From NCBI GenBank assembly GCA_963713825.1, contig CAVQNG010000025.1, forward strand, positions 128,001 to 192,000: a stretch of DNA of 64,000 bases, written 5' to 3'. The translations under genes and the position numbers were made by a program. Origin of the DNA: an uncultured Acidobacteriota bacterium (GTDB taxonomy: Bacteria; Acidobacteriota; Thermoanaerobaculia; Multivoradales; JAHEKO01). Of the stretch, positions 28,278-37,296 are shown in pieces (position 1 is the first letter of the stretch; each line of letters begins with the position of its first letter). The notes below the pieces were generated by a model. The model made no database searches. It was not told where the DNA came from and saw only the letters and a program-made list of their open reading frames with translations.

Positions 28278-29156
28278 ATGACTGTCGAAACAGATCGAGG
28301 CGAGCGACCGGGCAAGGCGAAGGGCCTGGTGCTGTCGGCAATGGTCTTGGGTGCTGGAGTGGCTGCCACACGATTCTTGCTCGATCGTCTTCATCACTCC
28401 AGGATCTTCCTCCCAGATCGCTATCCCAACGGCATTTGGAACCCGGGGGCATATGGCTTGCCCGCAGAGGATGTCTGGTTCTCGACCGAGGATGGCATGC
28501 GACTGCACGGATGGTGGGTGCCTCACCGCAAGGCTCGAGGGACCATTCTCTATTGCCACGGCAACACTGGAAGCATCGCGCATCGAATCGGAGTCCTCAG
28601 CAAGCTGTGGAGTCTGGAGGTCAATCTGCTTGCCTTCGACTATCGGGGCTATGGGCGCAGCACGGGGCAGCCGACCGAGGATGGGCTCTATCTGGACGTG
28701 CGGGCTGCGCATGAGCACCTGATTCGAGAGGCCGGATGTCGAGCCGACGAAATCCTGCTCTTCGGACACTCGCTGGGGGGTGCAGTGGCAATCGACTGTG
28801 CCCTGGATCGGAAAGTGGCAGGTCTTGTCGCTCAGTCCACCTTTACGCACATCCGGGACGCGGCGCGGGCAGTCTTTCCGACGCTACCGATTCACTTGGC
28901 GGCGCGGCGCCAATTTCGCAGCATCGACAAGGTGGCTGAGCTCGAGATTCCCAAGCTCTTCATCCATGGTGAGTCCGATGAGACCGTTCCCTTGGAACTG
29001 GGAAAGAGACTCTATGAGTCGGCCAGTGAGCCGAAGGACTTCTATCTCGTGCGCCGCGGTGGGCACAACGACCTGCATCTCTATGGCGGTCGGCAGTATC
29101 TTCGCCGTCTCTCCCGCTTTCGCGACCGATGTCTGAAGATGGCCCGCAAGGGGTGA
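28278..29156 (+). CDS. alpha/beta hydrolase (ABHD13/17-like)
   Basis: HGNTG, DYRGYGRS, GHSLGG, HGESDETV, GGHND. Confidence 0.9.
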   Translation: MTVETDRGERPGKAKGLVLSAMVLGAGVAATRFLLDRLHHSRIFLPDRYPNGIWNPGAYGLPAEDVWFSTEDGMRLHGWWVPHRKARGTILYCHGNTGSIAHRIGVLSKLWSLEVNLLAFDYRGYGRSTGQPTEDGLYLDVRAAHEHLIREAGCRADEILLFGHSLGGAVAIDCALDRKVAGLVAQSTFTHIRDAARAVFPTLPIHLAARRQFRSIDKVAELEIPKLFIHGESDETVPLELGKRLYESASEPKDFYLVRRGGHNDLHLYGGRQYLRRLSRFRDRCLKMARKG

Positions 29157-29305
29157 GGCGCCCGGCTCACCGCCGGGCGTTCTTTGAGGGCTTGGGGTTG
29201 AGTCGGCTGTCGCTTGCTCCAGCCGATCTTTGGGGCAGTGGGCCCACCACCCATTCCCCTAGGCCCTTACGCCCGTAAGCCCCTTTTGCCTTCAATGGTG
29301 CCGGA
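29150..29305 (+). repeat. composite intergenic repeat (two-hairpin module plus AAGCCCCT..TTGCCTTCAATGGTGCCGGA module)
   Basis: Shares flanks with the reverse complements of 24677-24771 and 33934-34030; 29264-29305 matches 24512-24553. Confidence 0.8.
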
Positions 29306-29328
29306 CGGACCCCATCTAGACAACTGGC

Positions 29329-30411
29329 TCAAGCGTAGCCGAGGTCTTGGTAGATCGCGGTTGTTATGGCCCTCATGCGGCGCAGGTGGGAATTCTCGTC
29401 TGGGGTGCCGTTGAGGAGAATGGCGATAGCAACGTCTCTCTCGGGGTCGGCGAAGGCGGTCGAAGATCGGTATCCACTGTGACCAAAGGCCCGGGCTGAA
29501 GCGCTCGGCCAATGACCATAGCCCGACCTGCTGTCCTCGTTGGAGCCGTTGATCACGAACCCGAGTCCCCAGTCGAGAATCTGTCGGAAGGTCTTGTCGA
29601 AAATCCCCGATCGATGACGAGCCGTCAGGGCCTCCACGGTCTGGGGCAGGAGAATCTGCACACCCTGCCAGGTGCCACCCGTCAAGAGCATCTCGTAGAA
29701 ACGCCCCAGCTCCCGGGCCGGTCCCCAGCCGTTGGCACCGGGCGAGCAGCGGGTCACCCGTTTCTCGGAGCTCCAATTGAGCTCGACGGGCACCCCCGGC
29801 TGCGTATCGAAGAGAGGTGCCAGGCGCTCTGCATTCTGGGTGAAGGTCTCGACAGGCATTCCGATCCAGGAGTCGCGCATCTCTAGAGGCTCGAAGACCT
29901 CCTGCCGGACATATTGGTCGAAGGACCGACCATCCGCTCGGTGGACGATCTCTCCCAGGATGAACCAACTCGTCGTCCGGTGGTAGCCGGCGGTCTGACC
30001 AGGCACCCAGCGGGGCTCGAGCCGGCCGTGGCAGATCTTGGCAATGATCTCCTCCCAGGGCGCTTTGGGCCAGCCGACATCCAGCATTCGAATGCCCCCC
30101 GTGTGGGTCAAGAGATGTCGAATCGTGATGCTCTCCTTGCCCCGGGTCCCGAACTCCGGGATGTGATCCGCGACGCGATCGTCCAGGGCGAGGAGGCCGC
30201 GTTCCCACAGTTGCGCGATGGCGACCGCAGCCACCGGCTTGGAGGAGGACATCCAGGGCAGAAGATGGCCGGTCGTCATCGACTCGGATGGCCTCACCTC
30301 TCCGAAGGCCTCCTCGAACACGGGCCGGCCATTTTCGGACACGTAAATTTGGCCACCCGATTGAAGACCTGCGGAAAGGCCCTCCAAGAAGGCTCTCTTG
30401 GTCTGCCTCAT
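29329..30411 (-). CDS. serine hydrolase, beta-lactamase/EstB family
   Basis: SSSK (SxxK), LLTHTGG, GYH, FGHSG. Confidence 0.9.
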   Translation of the reverse strand: MRQTKRAFLEGLSAGLQSGGQIYVSENGRPVFEEAFGEVRPSESMTTGHLLPWMSSSKPVAAVAIAQLWERGLLALDDRVADHIPEFGTRGKESITIRHLLTHTGGIRMLDVGWPKAPWEEIIAKICHGRLEPRWVPGQTAGYHRTTSWFILGEIVHRADGRSFDQYVRQEVFEPLEMRDSWIGMPVETFTQNAERLAPLFDTQPGVPVELNWSSEKRVTRCSPGANGWGPARELGRFYEMLLTGGTWQGVQILLPQTVEALTARHRSGIFDKTFRQILDWGLGFVINGSNEDSRSGYGHWPSASARAFGHSGYRSSTAFADPERDVAIAILLNGTPDENSHLRRMRAITTAIYQDLGYA

Positions 30412-30515
30412 GTTTGGTTTGGTCCGGTTGCCTCGGGTTTCATCGCCCTGCGATCCGCCGGTCAGCTACGTCTCACTTCTCAGGTAGGCAAAACTCCTGA
30501 TAGATTCCGGCAACT

Positions 30516-31427
30516 ATGACGACTTTACGCCGGAAATTCGACATCTCGAAGTCAATTCTACTGCTCTGCCTGGTGCCTACGATCAGCTTGATTTCTTCAC
30601 CTTCCTGGGCCCAAGTAGAGGTCGAGGAAGGCGAGGATCTGGGTTGGAGCAACTCCACCGACCTGAGCCTCGTCGTCACCGAGGGTAACTCGAGTACCAG
30701 TACTCTCGGCTTCAATAACTACCTGCAGCGACTGTGGAGCAACGCGCGTTATTCCCTACGAGTCGAGGCTGTGCGCTCGGATACCGCAGACGATCCATTT
30801 GCCATCGTCATCCCTGACACGGATGGTGGTTTCTATGTCGAGTATCCGGACAAGGCGCTCGACGTCGAGCGGTACTACATCGAGAATCGCTACGATCGAA
30901 ATATCACGGAGCGGTTTTTCTGGAACGCGGGAGTTAGCTGGGAGCGTAACAAGACTGCCGGAATCCTGAACCGCTACATCGGCTTTGCAGGAGTTGGAAA
31001 CCTCTGGTGGAGCCGCGAGGATCTCAAGTTCTCCACCACCTACGGACTCAGTTACACGGACCGCGAGGACGATGTCCAGGATCCGTTCCAAGACGACACG
31101 TTCGTCGGTTTTCGGTTCGGTTGGGAGTATCTGAACCAGTGGGGCAAGGTAACGACCTACCGTAACACCTGGAACTACACCAACAGCCTGAGCGACTCCT
31201 CCGACTACTACTCGGACATGATGAACTCGATCACGGTCGCGATCAACGATCGCCTGGCGCTCAGAGTGAGCTTGCAGTGGCTCTACAACAGTATTCCTGG
31301 TCTCGAGGAGGTGCCTCTCTTCGTGCTCGATCCTGATACCGGGCTCAAGGTTGAGGTTGGCGAGGTGGAAATTCGCAAGGACCAGTTGGATACGATCTTC
31401 AGCACCTCGTTGGTCGTCAATTTCTAG
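30516..31427 (+). CDS. DUF481/YdiY-like outer-membrane beta-barrel protein
   Basis: Signal peptide (SWA-Q), TEGNS motif, amphipathic strands, terminal Phe. Confidence 0.78.
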   Translation: MTTLRRKFDISKSILLLCLVPTISLISSPSWAQVEVEEGEDLGWSNSTDLSLVVTEGNSSTSTLGFNNYLQRLWSNARYSLRVEAVRSDTADDPFAIVIPDTDGGFYVEYPDKALDVERYYIENRYDRNITERFFWNAGVSWERNKTAGILNRYIGFAGVGNLWWSREDLKFSTTYGLSYTDREDDVQDPFQDDTFVGFRFGWEYLNQWGKVTTYRNTWNYTNSLSDSSDYYSDMMNSITVAINDRLALRVSLQWLYNSIPGLEEVPLFVLDPDTGLKVEVGEVEIRKDQLDTIFSTSLVVNF

Positions 31428-31454
31428 GTCTGGGTTCCCAAGCTGCCAGCAGGC

Positions 31455-31485
31455 AAAGAAAAAGGCCGCGCTCGACGCGCGGCCT
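31455..31485 (-). terminator. Rho-independent terminator of the sortase-substrate transcript
   Basis: Minus strand: AGGCCGCGC-GTCGA-GCGCGGCCT followed by TTTTCTTT. Confidence 0.8.
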
Positions 31486-31527
31486 GCACCGGCATGAGCT
31501 TGCCGGAGATGGTTCTGTCGTCGAACC

Positions 31528-32073
31528 TCAGAACCTACGAATCACCGTCAACGTGAGGCCGACGGCCAAAAAGGCCACGGCGAGCACCAGAATCAGTGGC
31601 AGATGACTGCCGGTCGAGGGCAGCGCGGCCGGCGCTGGTGCCGGGGCGGGCGCCGGACGGGAAGCTGGAGCCGGAGCTGGAGCCGGAGCTGGAGCCGGAG
31701 CTGGAGCCGGAGTTGGTGTTGATACCTGGACAGCTTCTTGGAGCTCCACGACCTCGTCCATGGTGATGGTCACAGGCGGTGCCGCAGCTTTCTCTGCATA
31801 AGCGGTAACCTGGTCATCCTTCTTGAGGTCTTGGGGCTGGATCTCCTTGCCGTACTTGTAAAATTTGAGGTGTCTGAGCTCGGCGAGGTTGAATCTCTGC
31901 ATTCCGAGGTGGGTGCCCTTGGCGACATCCACGATCAGGGTATTTCCGGAGCGATGCACTACCCGACCCTCGCCGATCTCCACCTCGGGTCCTTCTTGCG
32001 CTTGGGCCTGCACGGCGAATCCGAGGATCAGCGCGAAGCCGACGACCAGCATCAAAATGTTCCTAGCTCTCAT
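31528..32073 (-). CDS. LPXTG-type sortase substrate (signal peptide, small beta domain, Pro-Ala linker, LPSTG-TM-RR)
   Basis: AAAGGAG RBS; AQA-Q cleavage site; C-terminus LPSTGSHLPLILVLAVAFLAVGLTLTVIRRF. Confidence 0.85.
   Translation of the reverse strand: MRARNILMLVVGFALILGFAVQAQAQEGPEVEIGEGRVVHRSGNTLIVDVAKGTHLGMQRFNLAELRHLKFYKYGKEIQPQDLKKDDQVTAYAEKAAAPPVTITMDEVVELQEAVQVSTPTPAPAPAPAPAPAPAPASRPAPAPAPAPAALPSTGSHLPLILVLAVAFLAVGLTLTVIRRF
31664..31711. repeat. coding tandem repeat (GCTGGAGCCGGA)x4 encoding the Pro-Ala linker
   Basis: Four perfect 12-bp copies. Confidence 0.9.
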
Positions 32074-32156
32074 CCTTTGTCTCCTTTCGTTCGATTTGCG
32101 ACGACGTGTCCCGCGACGCCTGAGGGCGCACGATCCCACTATCAAATTCCGCCTCT

Positions 32157-32909
32157 TTACGGCGAGGCAGTATCCGTGGCTGAAGCTCGTACGCTATCAG
32201 ACTCGACCAACGTGGCACTCACGATGTAGCGTTTCGGCGCTTTGCCTACAAAATAGAACGGATAGCAGGTCACCAGCGTCAGGGTTGGCACGGACTGGTG
32301 TTCCAGAACATGAACATCCTGCGGGGTCACGATCGTGATTCCGTCGATGCGATAGATGTCGGTGGCGGTGAGGGTTTCGAGCTCGATCGTGTCGCCTTCG
32401 CCAATGTCCTTCAGACCCCGAAAGAAGCCGTCGCGATGACCGGCGATGCCGATGTTCCCCAGCTCACCGGGACGAGCCGTGCCGACGATTCTGCCCACCC
32501 CTCGGTTGAGTACCAGATCATCGGTGCCCTCCAGAAGAGGCACCTGCAGGTCGAGCGCAGGAATCCGGACGATGGCCAGCGGCGGGCCGAAGTCGTGCGA
32601 GAGACTCTCCTCGTATTCTTCGATTCGACCCTCGTCCCAGAGGCTGTAGTCCACCGGCAGGTCGGTCGGCAGGTCGCGGGTCTCAGCGCGGTGGTCAACC
32701 TGCGATTCGGCGAATGGAGGCTGGGATCCAGTTTCCGAAGCCTGGAGGTCGGGGCCGCGACCTTCCGAGAGGGCGACCTTGGCAGCCTCGAATTCCTCGA
32801 TACTTGAACGGGCGCCGACCTTGCCGTGAATCCAATAACCAGTCCAGATTAAGAGAAGAACGAGGCCGATCGTCCAGGCAGCGCGTTCGGCTAGGGTCTT
32901 GCGGCTCAT
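32157..32909 (-). CDS. sortase (class D-like)
   Basis: N-terminal TM; IPALDL..P..EG; IAGHRDGFF (His), LTLVTCYPF (Cys), PKRYIV (Arg). Confidence 0.93.
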   Translation of the reverse strand: MSRKTLAERAAWTIGLVLLLIWTGYWIHGKVGARSSIEEFEAAKVALSEGRGPDLQASETGSQPPFAESQVDHRAETRDLPTDLPVDYSLWDEGRIEEYEESLSHDFGPPLAIVRIPALDLQVPLLEGTDDLVLNRGVGRIVGTARPGELGNIGIAGHRDGFFRGLKDIGEGDTIELETLTATDIYRIDGITIVTPQDVHVLEHQSVPTLTLVTCYPFYFVGKAPKRYIVSATLVESDSVRASATDTASP

Positions 32910-33007
32910 GAATCCGATCCGTAGCAATGGTGACTGGTTGGCGAGAGTGTATCCAAAGCTGGGGTCGAGCCGTCAAGCTGAACAGCAGCCGGCATCAACG
33001 CGGAGGA

Positions 33008-33832
33008 ATGATGGATAATCCATGCATGCTCCTATCAGCGGTTGTCCAACTCAATAGCACCTCTGACCCCGAGGCAAACTGGAGTCAGGCCGAAGCGTTG
33101 ATTCGCCGCGCGGCCAGCTACAGGTCGCGGCTCGTGGCGACGCCGGAGAACACCAACTTTCTCGGACCGCACCAAGCAAAGGTGGAGCGGGCCGAGAGCT
33201 TGGATGGGCCGACCTGCACTCGATTCTCGACCCTGGCCAGGGAGCTCGAGATCTTCTTGCTGCTGGGATCGTTCAATGAGAAAGCGGACAACCCTGATCG
33301 CTGTTTCAATACCTCGGTGCTGTTCTCGCCTGCGGGCGAGCGCCTGGCGGTGTACCGCAAGATCCATCTCTTCGACGTCGATGTCTCGCCCGAGGTCCGA
33401 TTTCAGGAGTCTGCAACCGTCGAGGCAGGGGAGAGCACCGTTGTCGTCCCGACCGAGCTCGGCAGGCTTGGACTGAGTATCTGCTACGACCTCCGATTCC
33501 CGGGCCTCTACCAACAGTTGAGGGACGAGGGTGCCGAGATCGTCACCGTTCCCTCGGCGTTTACCCTCACCACCGGAAAGGACCACTGGCAGCCGCTCCT
33601 CCGGGCCCGAGCTATCGAGACTCAATGCTGGGTGCTGGCTCCGGCGCAATTCGGCAAGCATGACGACGCTGGCCTGCGCGAGAGCTATGGACACGCCATG
33701 ATCCTCGATCCCTGGGGCCATGTCGTAGCGATGGCGGCCGACGGTCCCGGGCTGGCGTTGGCGGAGATCGACCTGCGTCGGGTCGAGCGTGCCCGCCAGG
33801 CCATGCCGGTTGCCGATCACCGTCGACTCTGA
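33008..33832 (+). CDS. carbon-nitrogen hydrolase (Nit1 / deaminated glutathione amidase-like)
   Basis: TPEN, YRKIHLFDV, ICYDLRFP, PSAFT..TGKDHW, RARAIETQ; start may be 33011 or 33026. Confidence 0.92.
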   Translation: MMDNPCMLLSAVVQLNSTSDPEANWSQAEALIRRAASYRSRLVATPENTNFLGPHQAKVERAESLDGPTCTRFSTLARELEIFLLLGSFNEKADNPDRCFNTSVLFSPAGERLAVYRKIHLFDVDVSPEVRFQESATVEAGESTVVVPTELGRLGLSICYDLRFPGLYQQLRDEGAEIVTVPSAFTLTTGKDHWQPLLRARAIETQCWVLAPAQFGKHDDAGLRESYGHAMILDPWGHVVAMAADGPGLALAEIDLRRVERARQAMPVADHRRL

Positions 33833-33847
33833 CCCCGGATCCGCCAC

Positions 33848-33932
33848 AAGACCTCAAGACCTCAGGACCTGACTGCGATCTCCTGCTTCGGGCCGACCCC
33901 ACGAGATCGTAGTCATCTGCGCAGGTCCCGAG
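33848..33932. repeat. AAGACCTC tandem plus compound hairpin
   Basis: AAGACCTC x2 then AGGACCTG; stem 33871-33882/33903-33914; 13-mer 33858-33870 is the exact reverse complement of 24601-24613. Confidence 0.6.
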
Positions 33933-33933
33933 T

Positions 33934-34030
33934 CCTCAAAGACCGGTCGGCGAAATCGCCGAGCGCCCAAACCCCAAGCCTTCGAGGATCGGTTGGAAGG
34001 TACGCTCGACCGCCTCAACCCGCAGGGTGG
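33934..34030 (-). repeat. two-hairpin repeat module, copy matching 24677-24771
   Basis: CCTCAAAG..TCGGCGAA.TCGCCGAGCGCC..AACCCCAAGCC.TCGA..GAAGGTACGC..CCGCCTC.ACCC.CAGGGTGG is shared. Confidence 0.85.
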
Positions 34031-34039
34031 CTTGGGGGG

Positions 34040-36067
34040 CTACAGACGCTTGATGATCACCAGGGTTTGATCGTCGTCCTGCGGGGCACCCGCAGTGAAG
34101 AGATCTGTTGCCAAGCGAATCTGCCGCAGGAGCTCCCCTGCCGACTCGTCTCGGTAGCGGCGGATGATCTCGATCACCCTGTCCGTCTCGAACTCCTCGC
34201 CCGATGGGTTCTTGGCTTCGAAGAATCCGTCCGACAAGATTGCGTAGAGATCTCCAGGTTCCAGCAGGATGGGCGGCGGTACTGCGGTCTTCATGATGGG
34301 CAGGAGGCCGAGAGGGATGGCGTTCGAGCTCAGCACGTGGCAGGTGTCCTCGGCCGCCACATAGTGCAGCAGAGGGGCCTGACCTGCGCTGAACGAAGTC
34401 AGGGTGTTGTTCTGACCATCGAGAATTCCGACCCAGGCAGTGATGAAGCGTTCCTGCGGCAGGTCGGCGTGCAATTGTTGGTTGATCTTCTCGGCGATGC
34501 CCGACAGATCGGCGCCGACGCGCACAGCCATACGGACCATGGCGCGTAACTGCACTACAGAGAGCGCCGGGCCGATACCGTGGCCGGTGGCGTCGGCGAG
34601 GAGAAGGACGGCCCGATCGGCTTTTCCCTCGGTGAGAGCAGAGGAACCATCGGATTGGTCTTGTAGGCCGATGACGTCATAGCTGTCGCCACCGGTCTCG
34701 TCGGCCGGGCGATTCCAGGCACTCAAATCGAAACCCTCGATCGCGGGCAGTTGCTTCGGTAATGCGTTCTCCTGAATCTGGCGGGCCAGCTGAAGATCAT
34801 GTTCGAGTTTGAGAAGGGTCTTGAGACCGGTTCTCATCTGCTCGTGAGCCGTCGCCAGCTGTCGCACTTCTGTGATCCTGGAGGCAATGGTTGGACCAGG
34901 TTCGAGATCTCCGGTACTGATGCGCTCACTTTCGTCGACCAGTGCCTCGATGGGACGGCTGTAGCGCTTGGCCATGTAGGCAGCTCGCCAGGTGGCGATG
35001 CCGAGCACACCCAGGGTGATCGCGATCACCCAGTAACCCTGTGCTTTGATGTTGCCCAAGATGTCGTCTTCGGGTACGGCGACACCGATGAGGAGCCGCT
35101 GATCCGGTGTCAGTTGGTAGGGATGAACCTGGCCCCACCAGGCTTCGCCTTCGCTGACCAAGCGAATCGGTTTCTCCCACTGCTCCGAGCTGCTCAAGAG
35201 TTGTTCGGAGGCGTCTCGGGCTGCTTTGGTGCCGAGCTCTTCCGGGTGCTGTAGCAGCAATTCTTGGAGGTCTGAGATCTCGTTCCCACGCCGTGGGTCT
35301 CGTGGTACTCCGATCAGCCGATTGTCTTCTGTGAGCACGAACACCGACCCCTCATCCAGCAGGCGGATCGAGCTGGTGAAGAGGGAGATCTCGGTCAGAT
35401 CGATGTCCATGCCGACGACGGTGATGCCGCCAGTGAGATCTCTCAAAGCACCGGATGCAGTGATTCCTGGCTGACCGGTACTGAAGAAGAGATACGGATC
35501 GGTCCACTGGACCCCGGGCTCGGAACCCTTCGTGTCGGCCGCATCCAGCGCCTGGACGGAGCTCAGGTACCAGGGACGCGTTCGCGGGTCGTACTCGACA
35601 GTCTCTTCCCGACTCGTCGGTTCACCACCGTCCCGGCTCCAATCCTCAATGAGGGCCCGATCCGCCCACTCGGCGCGGCGGATTTCTCGAGTCGACCATC
35701 CATCCTCGGTAGCTCGAAGGAGGAACTCGTTGCCGCGGTCGTCCGCGATGAACACCGCCGAGGCCCATGGAATCTCCTCCAGCAGAGGAGTCAGGAGACG
35801 ACGCATCTGGTTCGGATCGTCGAGCTGGACAAGGCCGGCTCGGGCCCAGGTCCTGAGCCCCGACACCTGTCTGGTGACTGGCTCGAAGAAGCTGCGCAGT
35901 TTGACATCGGTGCGCCGACTGGCCTGTTGAATCAGCGCGCCTGAGAGGTCGGTAACAGCCCGATTCGCACCAAGAGCCATCATGGTGAAGATCCCCGCGC
36001 CCAACAGCAGGACGATGGCTACCAGGTTGGTCAGAAGGCTGCGGCGGATCGAGATGCTATTGGGCAC
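34040..36067 (-). CDS. SpoIIE/PP2C-family phosphatase with Cache sensor and HAMP domain
   Basis: TM, YDPRTRPWY (dCache), TM, HAMP, GGDSYD, ADATGHG, SDGFFEA, DDDQT. Confidence 0.92.
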   Translation of the reverse strand: MPNSISIRRSLLTNLVAIVLLLGAGIFTMMALGANRAVTDLSGALIQQASRRTDVKLRSFFEPVTRQVSGLRTWARAGLVQLDDPNQMRRLLTPLLEEIPWASAVFIADDRGNEFLLRATEDGWSTREIRRAEWADRALIEDWSRDGGEPTSREETVEYDPRTRPWYLSSVQALDAADTKGSEPGVQWTDPYLFFSTGQPGITASGALRDLTGGITVVGMDIDLTEISLFTSSIRLLDEGSVFVLTEDNRLIGVPRDPRRGNEISDLQELLLQHPEELGTKAARDASEQLLSSSEQWEKPIRLVSEGEAWWGQVHPYQLTPDQRLLIGVAVPEDDILGNIKAQGYWVIAITLGVLGIATWRAAYMAKRYSRPIEALVDESERISTGDLEPGPTIASRITEVRQLATAHEQMRTGLKTLLKLEHDLQLARQIQENALPKQLPAIEGFDLSAWNRPADETGGDSYDVIGLQDQSDGSSALTEGKADRAVLLLADATGHGIGPALSVVQLRAMVRMAVRVGADLSGIAEKINQQLHADLPQERFITAWVGILDGQNNTLTSFSAGQAPLLHYVAAEDTCHVLSSNAIPLGLLPIMKTAVPPPILLEPGDLYAILSDGFFEAKNPSGEEFETDRVIEIIRRYRDESAGELLRQIRLATDLFTAGAPQDDDQTLVIIKRL

Positions 36068-36122
36068 ACGTTGCTCCTATGAGGACACGGGTTGTCGTTT
36101 CACGACTTGGGAATCGCGTCGA

Positions 36123-37274
36123 CTATTTTCCCAGGATCTCCGCCAGGACGCCGACCCCCCGCTCGACGATCGCGGGCGGAGCCGCGGTGTAGCAGATCCG
36201 AATGTGGGTGGGATAGGGACCGAAACTGGGACCTGGCGCCACGAACAAGCCGTGATCGACGCAAGTCTCGAGGAAGCCACTCAAGCCTCGATGATCTAGT
36301 CGGTCAGCGACGTCGAGGAAGAGAAAAGTGCTGCCCTGAGGTCGTGCCACACCCAATGTGTCGGCCGTCGTGTTGCCCAGTACTCGATAGCGCTCTCGGG
36401 CGCGCTCGACCCATGGATCACCCAGGCCCTGAATCGCCTTGAGGGCGACCAGTTGGGAGGCGGTGGGCGTCGAGTAGAAAGTGTGGATACTGACTTTGCG
36501 CAACTCGGTCACTGCCGCCTCCGGGCCGACGACGTAGCCGCAACGGTTGCCGGCCATCCCGTAGGCCTTGGAGAAGGAATGGACAGAGAAGGTACGCTCT
36601 GGTGCCAAGGGCCGAGTGTAGGCATGCACGCCCTCGTAGACGTAGTCTTCGTAGACCTCGTCGGCGAGCAGCCACAAATCGTGGTCTGCGCACCACCGAG
36701 CCAGGGATTCGAGCCAGGCATTTGGGATGGTCTGACCGCTAGGATTGTTCGGGGTGCTGAGATAAAGGGCGACGCTCTTTTCGGACAAGAGGGAGGCTAC
36801 GGCTTCGACAGCCGACTCGGGCGAGTCCGCCTGGCCAATGAAAGGTACCGCTACCGGTAGGCCGTGGAACGAGCGAGCGATGCCGGCAATCAGTGGCCAA
36901 TGGGGTGCCAGGATGAGCACCTCGTCGCCGGGCTCGACCAGAGCACCGATGACGGCCCCGAGTGCCCCTGTAGCGCCGGCGGCGACCAGGACGTTGTCTC
37001 GCACTGTCGGCTCTCCCGTGCGCTCGCAAGTACGCTCGGCGATGGCATCCAGGAGCTCCGGTAGTCCCTGCGGCTTCGAGTAGCGGTGCATTCCCGGATG
37101 ATCTTGGACTCGCAGGTCTTCCATTCGCAGGCCTTCAGCTGGCTCCATCCAGGTGTCGCCGATATGGAACGGATAGATTTCGCCCTCGTAGGTGGCCAGC
37201 CTGTGTGCCAGGGCGGTGTAGACGGAGCCTTGGATGGAGGCGACCGAAGGAGATACGTGTGGGAAACGAGGCAT
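36123..37274 (-). CDS. PLP-dependent aminotransferase, class I/II
   Basis: TPNNPSG, ADEVY, SFSKAYGMAGNRCG. Confidence 0.92.
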   Translation of the reverse strand: MPRFPHVSPSVASIQGSVYTALAHRLATYEGEIYPFHIGDTWMEPAEGLRMEDLRVQDHPGMHRYSKPQGLPELLDAIAERTCERTGEPTVRDNVLVAAGATGALGAVIGALVEPGDEVLILAPHWPLIAGIARSFHGLPVAVPFIGQADSPESAVEAVASLLSEKSVALYLSTPNNPSGQTIPNAWLESLARWCADHDLWLLADEVYEDYVYEGVHAYTRPLAPERTFSVHSFSKAYGMAGNRCGYVVGPEAAVTELRKVSIHTFYSTPTASQLVALKAIQGLGDPWVERARERYRVLGNTTADTLGVARPQGSTFLFLDVADRLDHRGLSGFLETCVDHGLFVAPGPSFGPYPTHIRICYTAAPPAIVERGVGVLAEILGK

Positions 37275-37296
37275 GAGTCGGGAAAGTCGGTCGCGA

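Noticed and set aside
29150-29245. GTTGAG motifs plus hairpins as integron attC sites
   Set aside because: The order is wrong (no RYYYAAC before the hairpin with GTTRRRY after it), the flanking genes are convergent chromosomal genes, and there is no integrase.
29329-30411. Beta-lactam resistance gene
   Set aside because: No signal peptide; the motifs fit cytoplasmic EstB-like esterases of the beta-lactamase fold.
31664-31711. 12-bp tandem repeat as a phase-variation switch
   Set aside because: The unit length is a multiple of three, so slippage changes linker length only.
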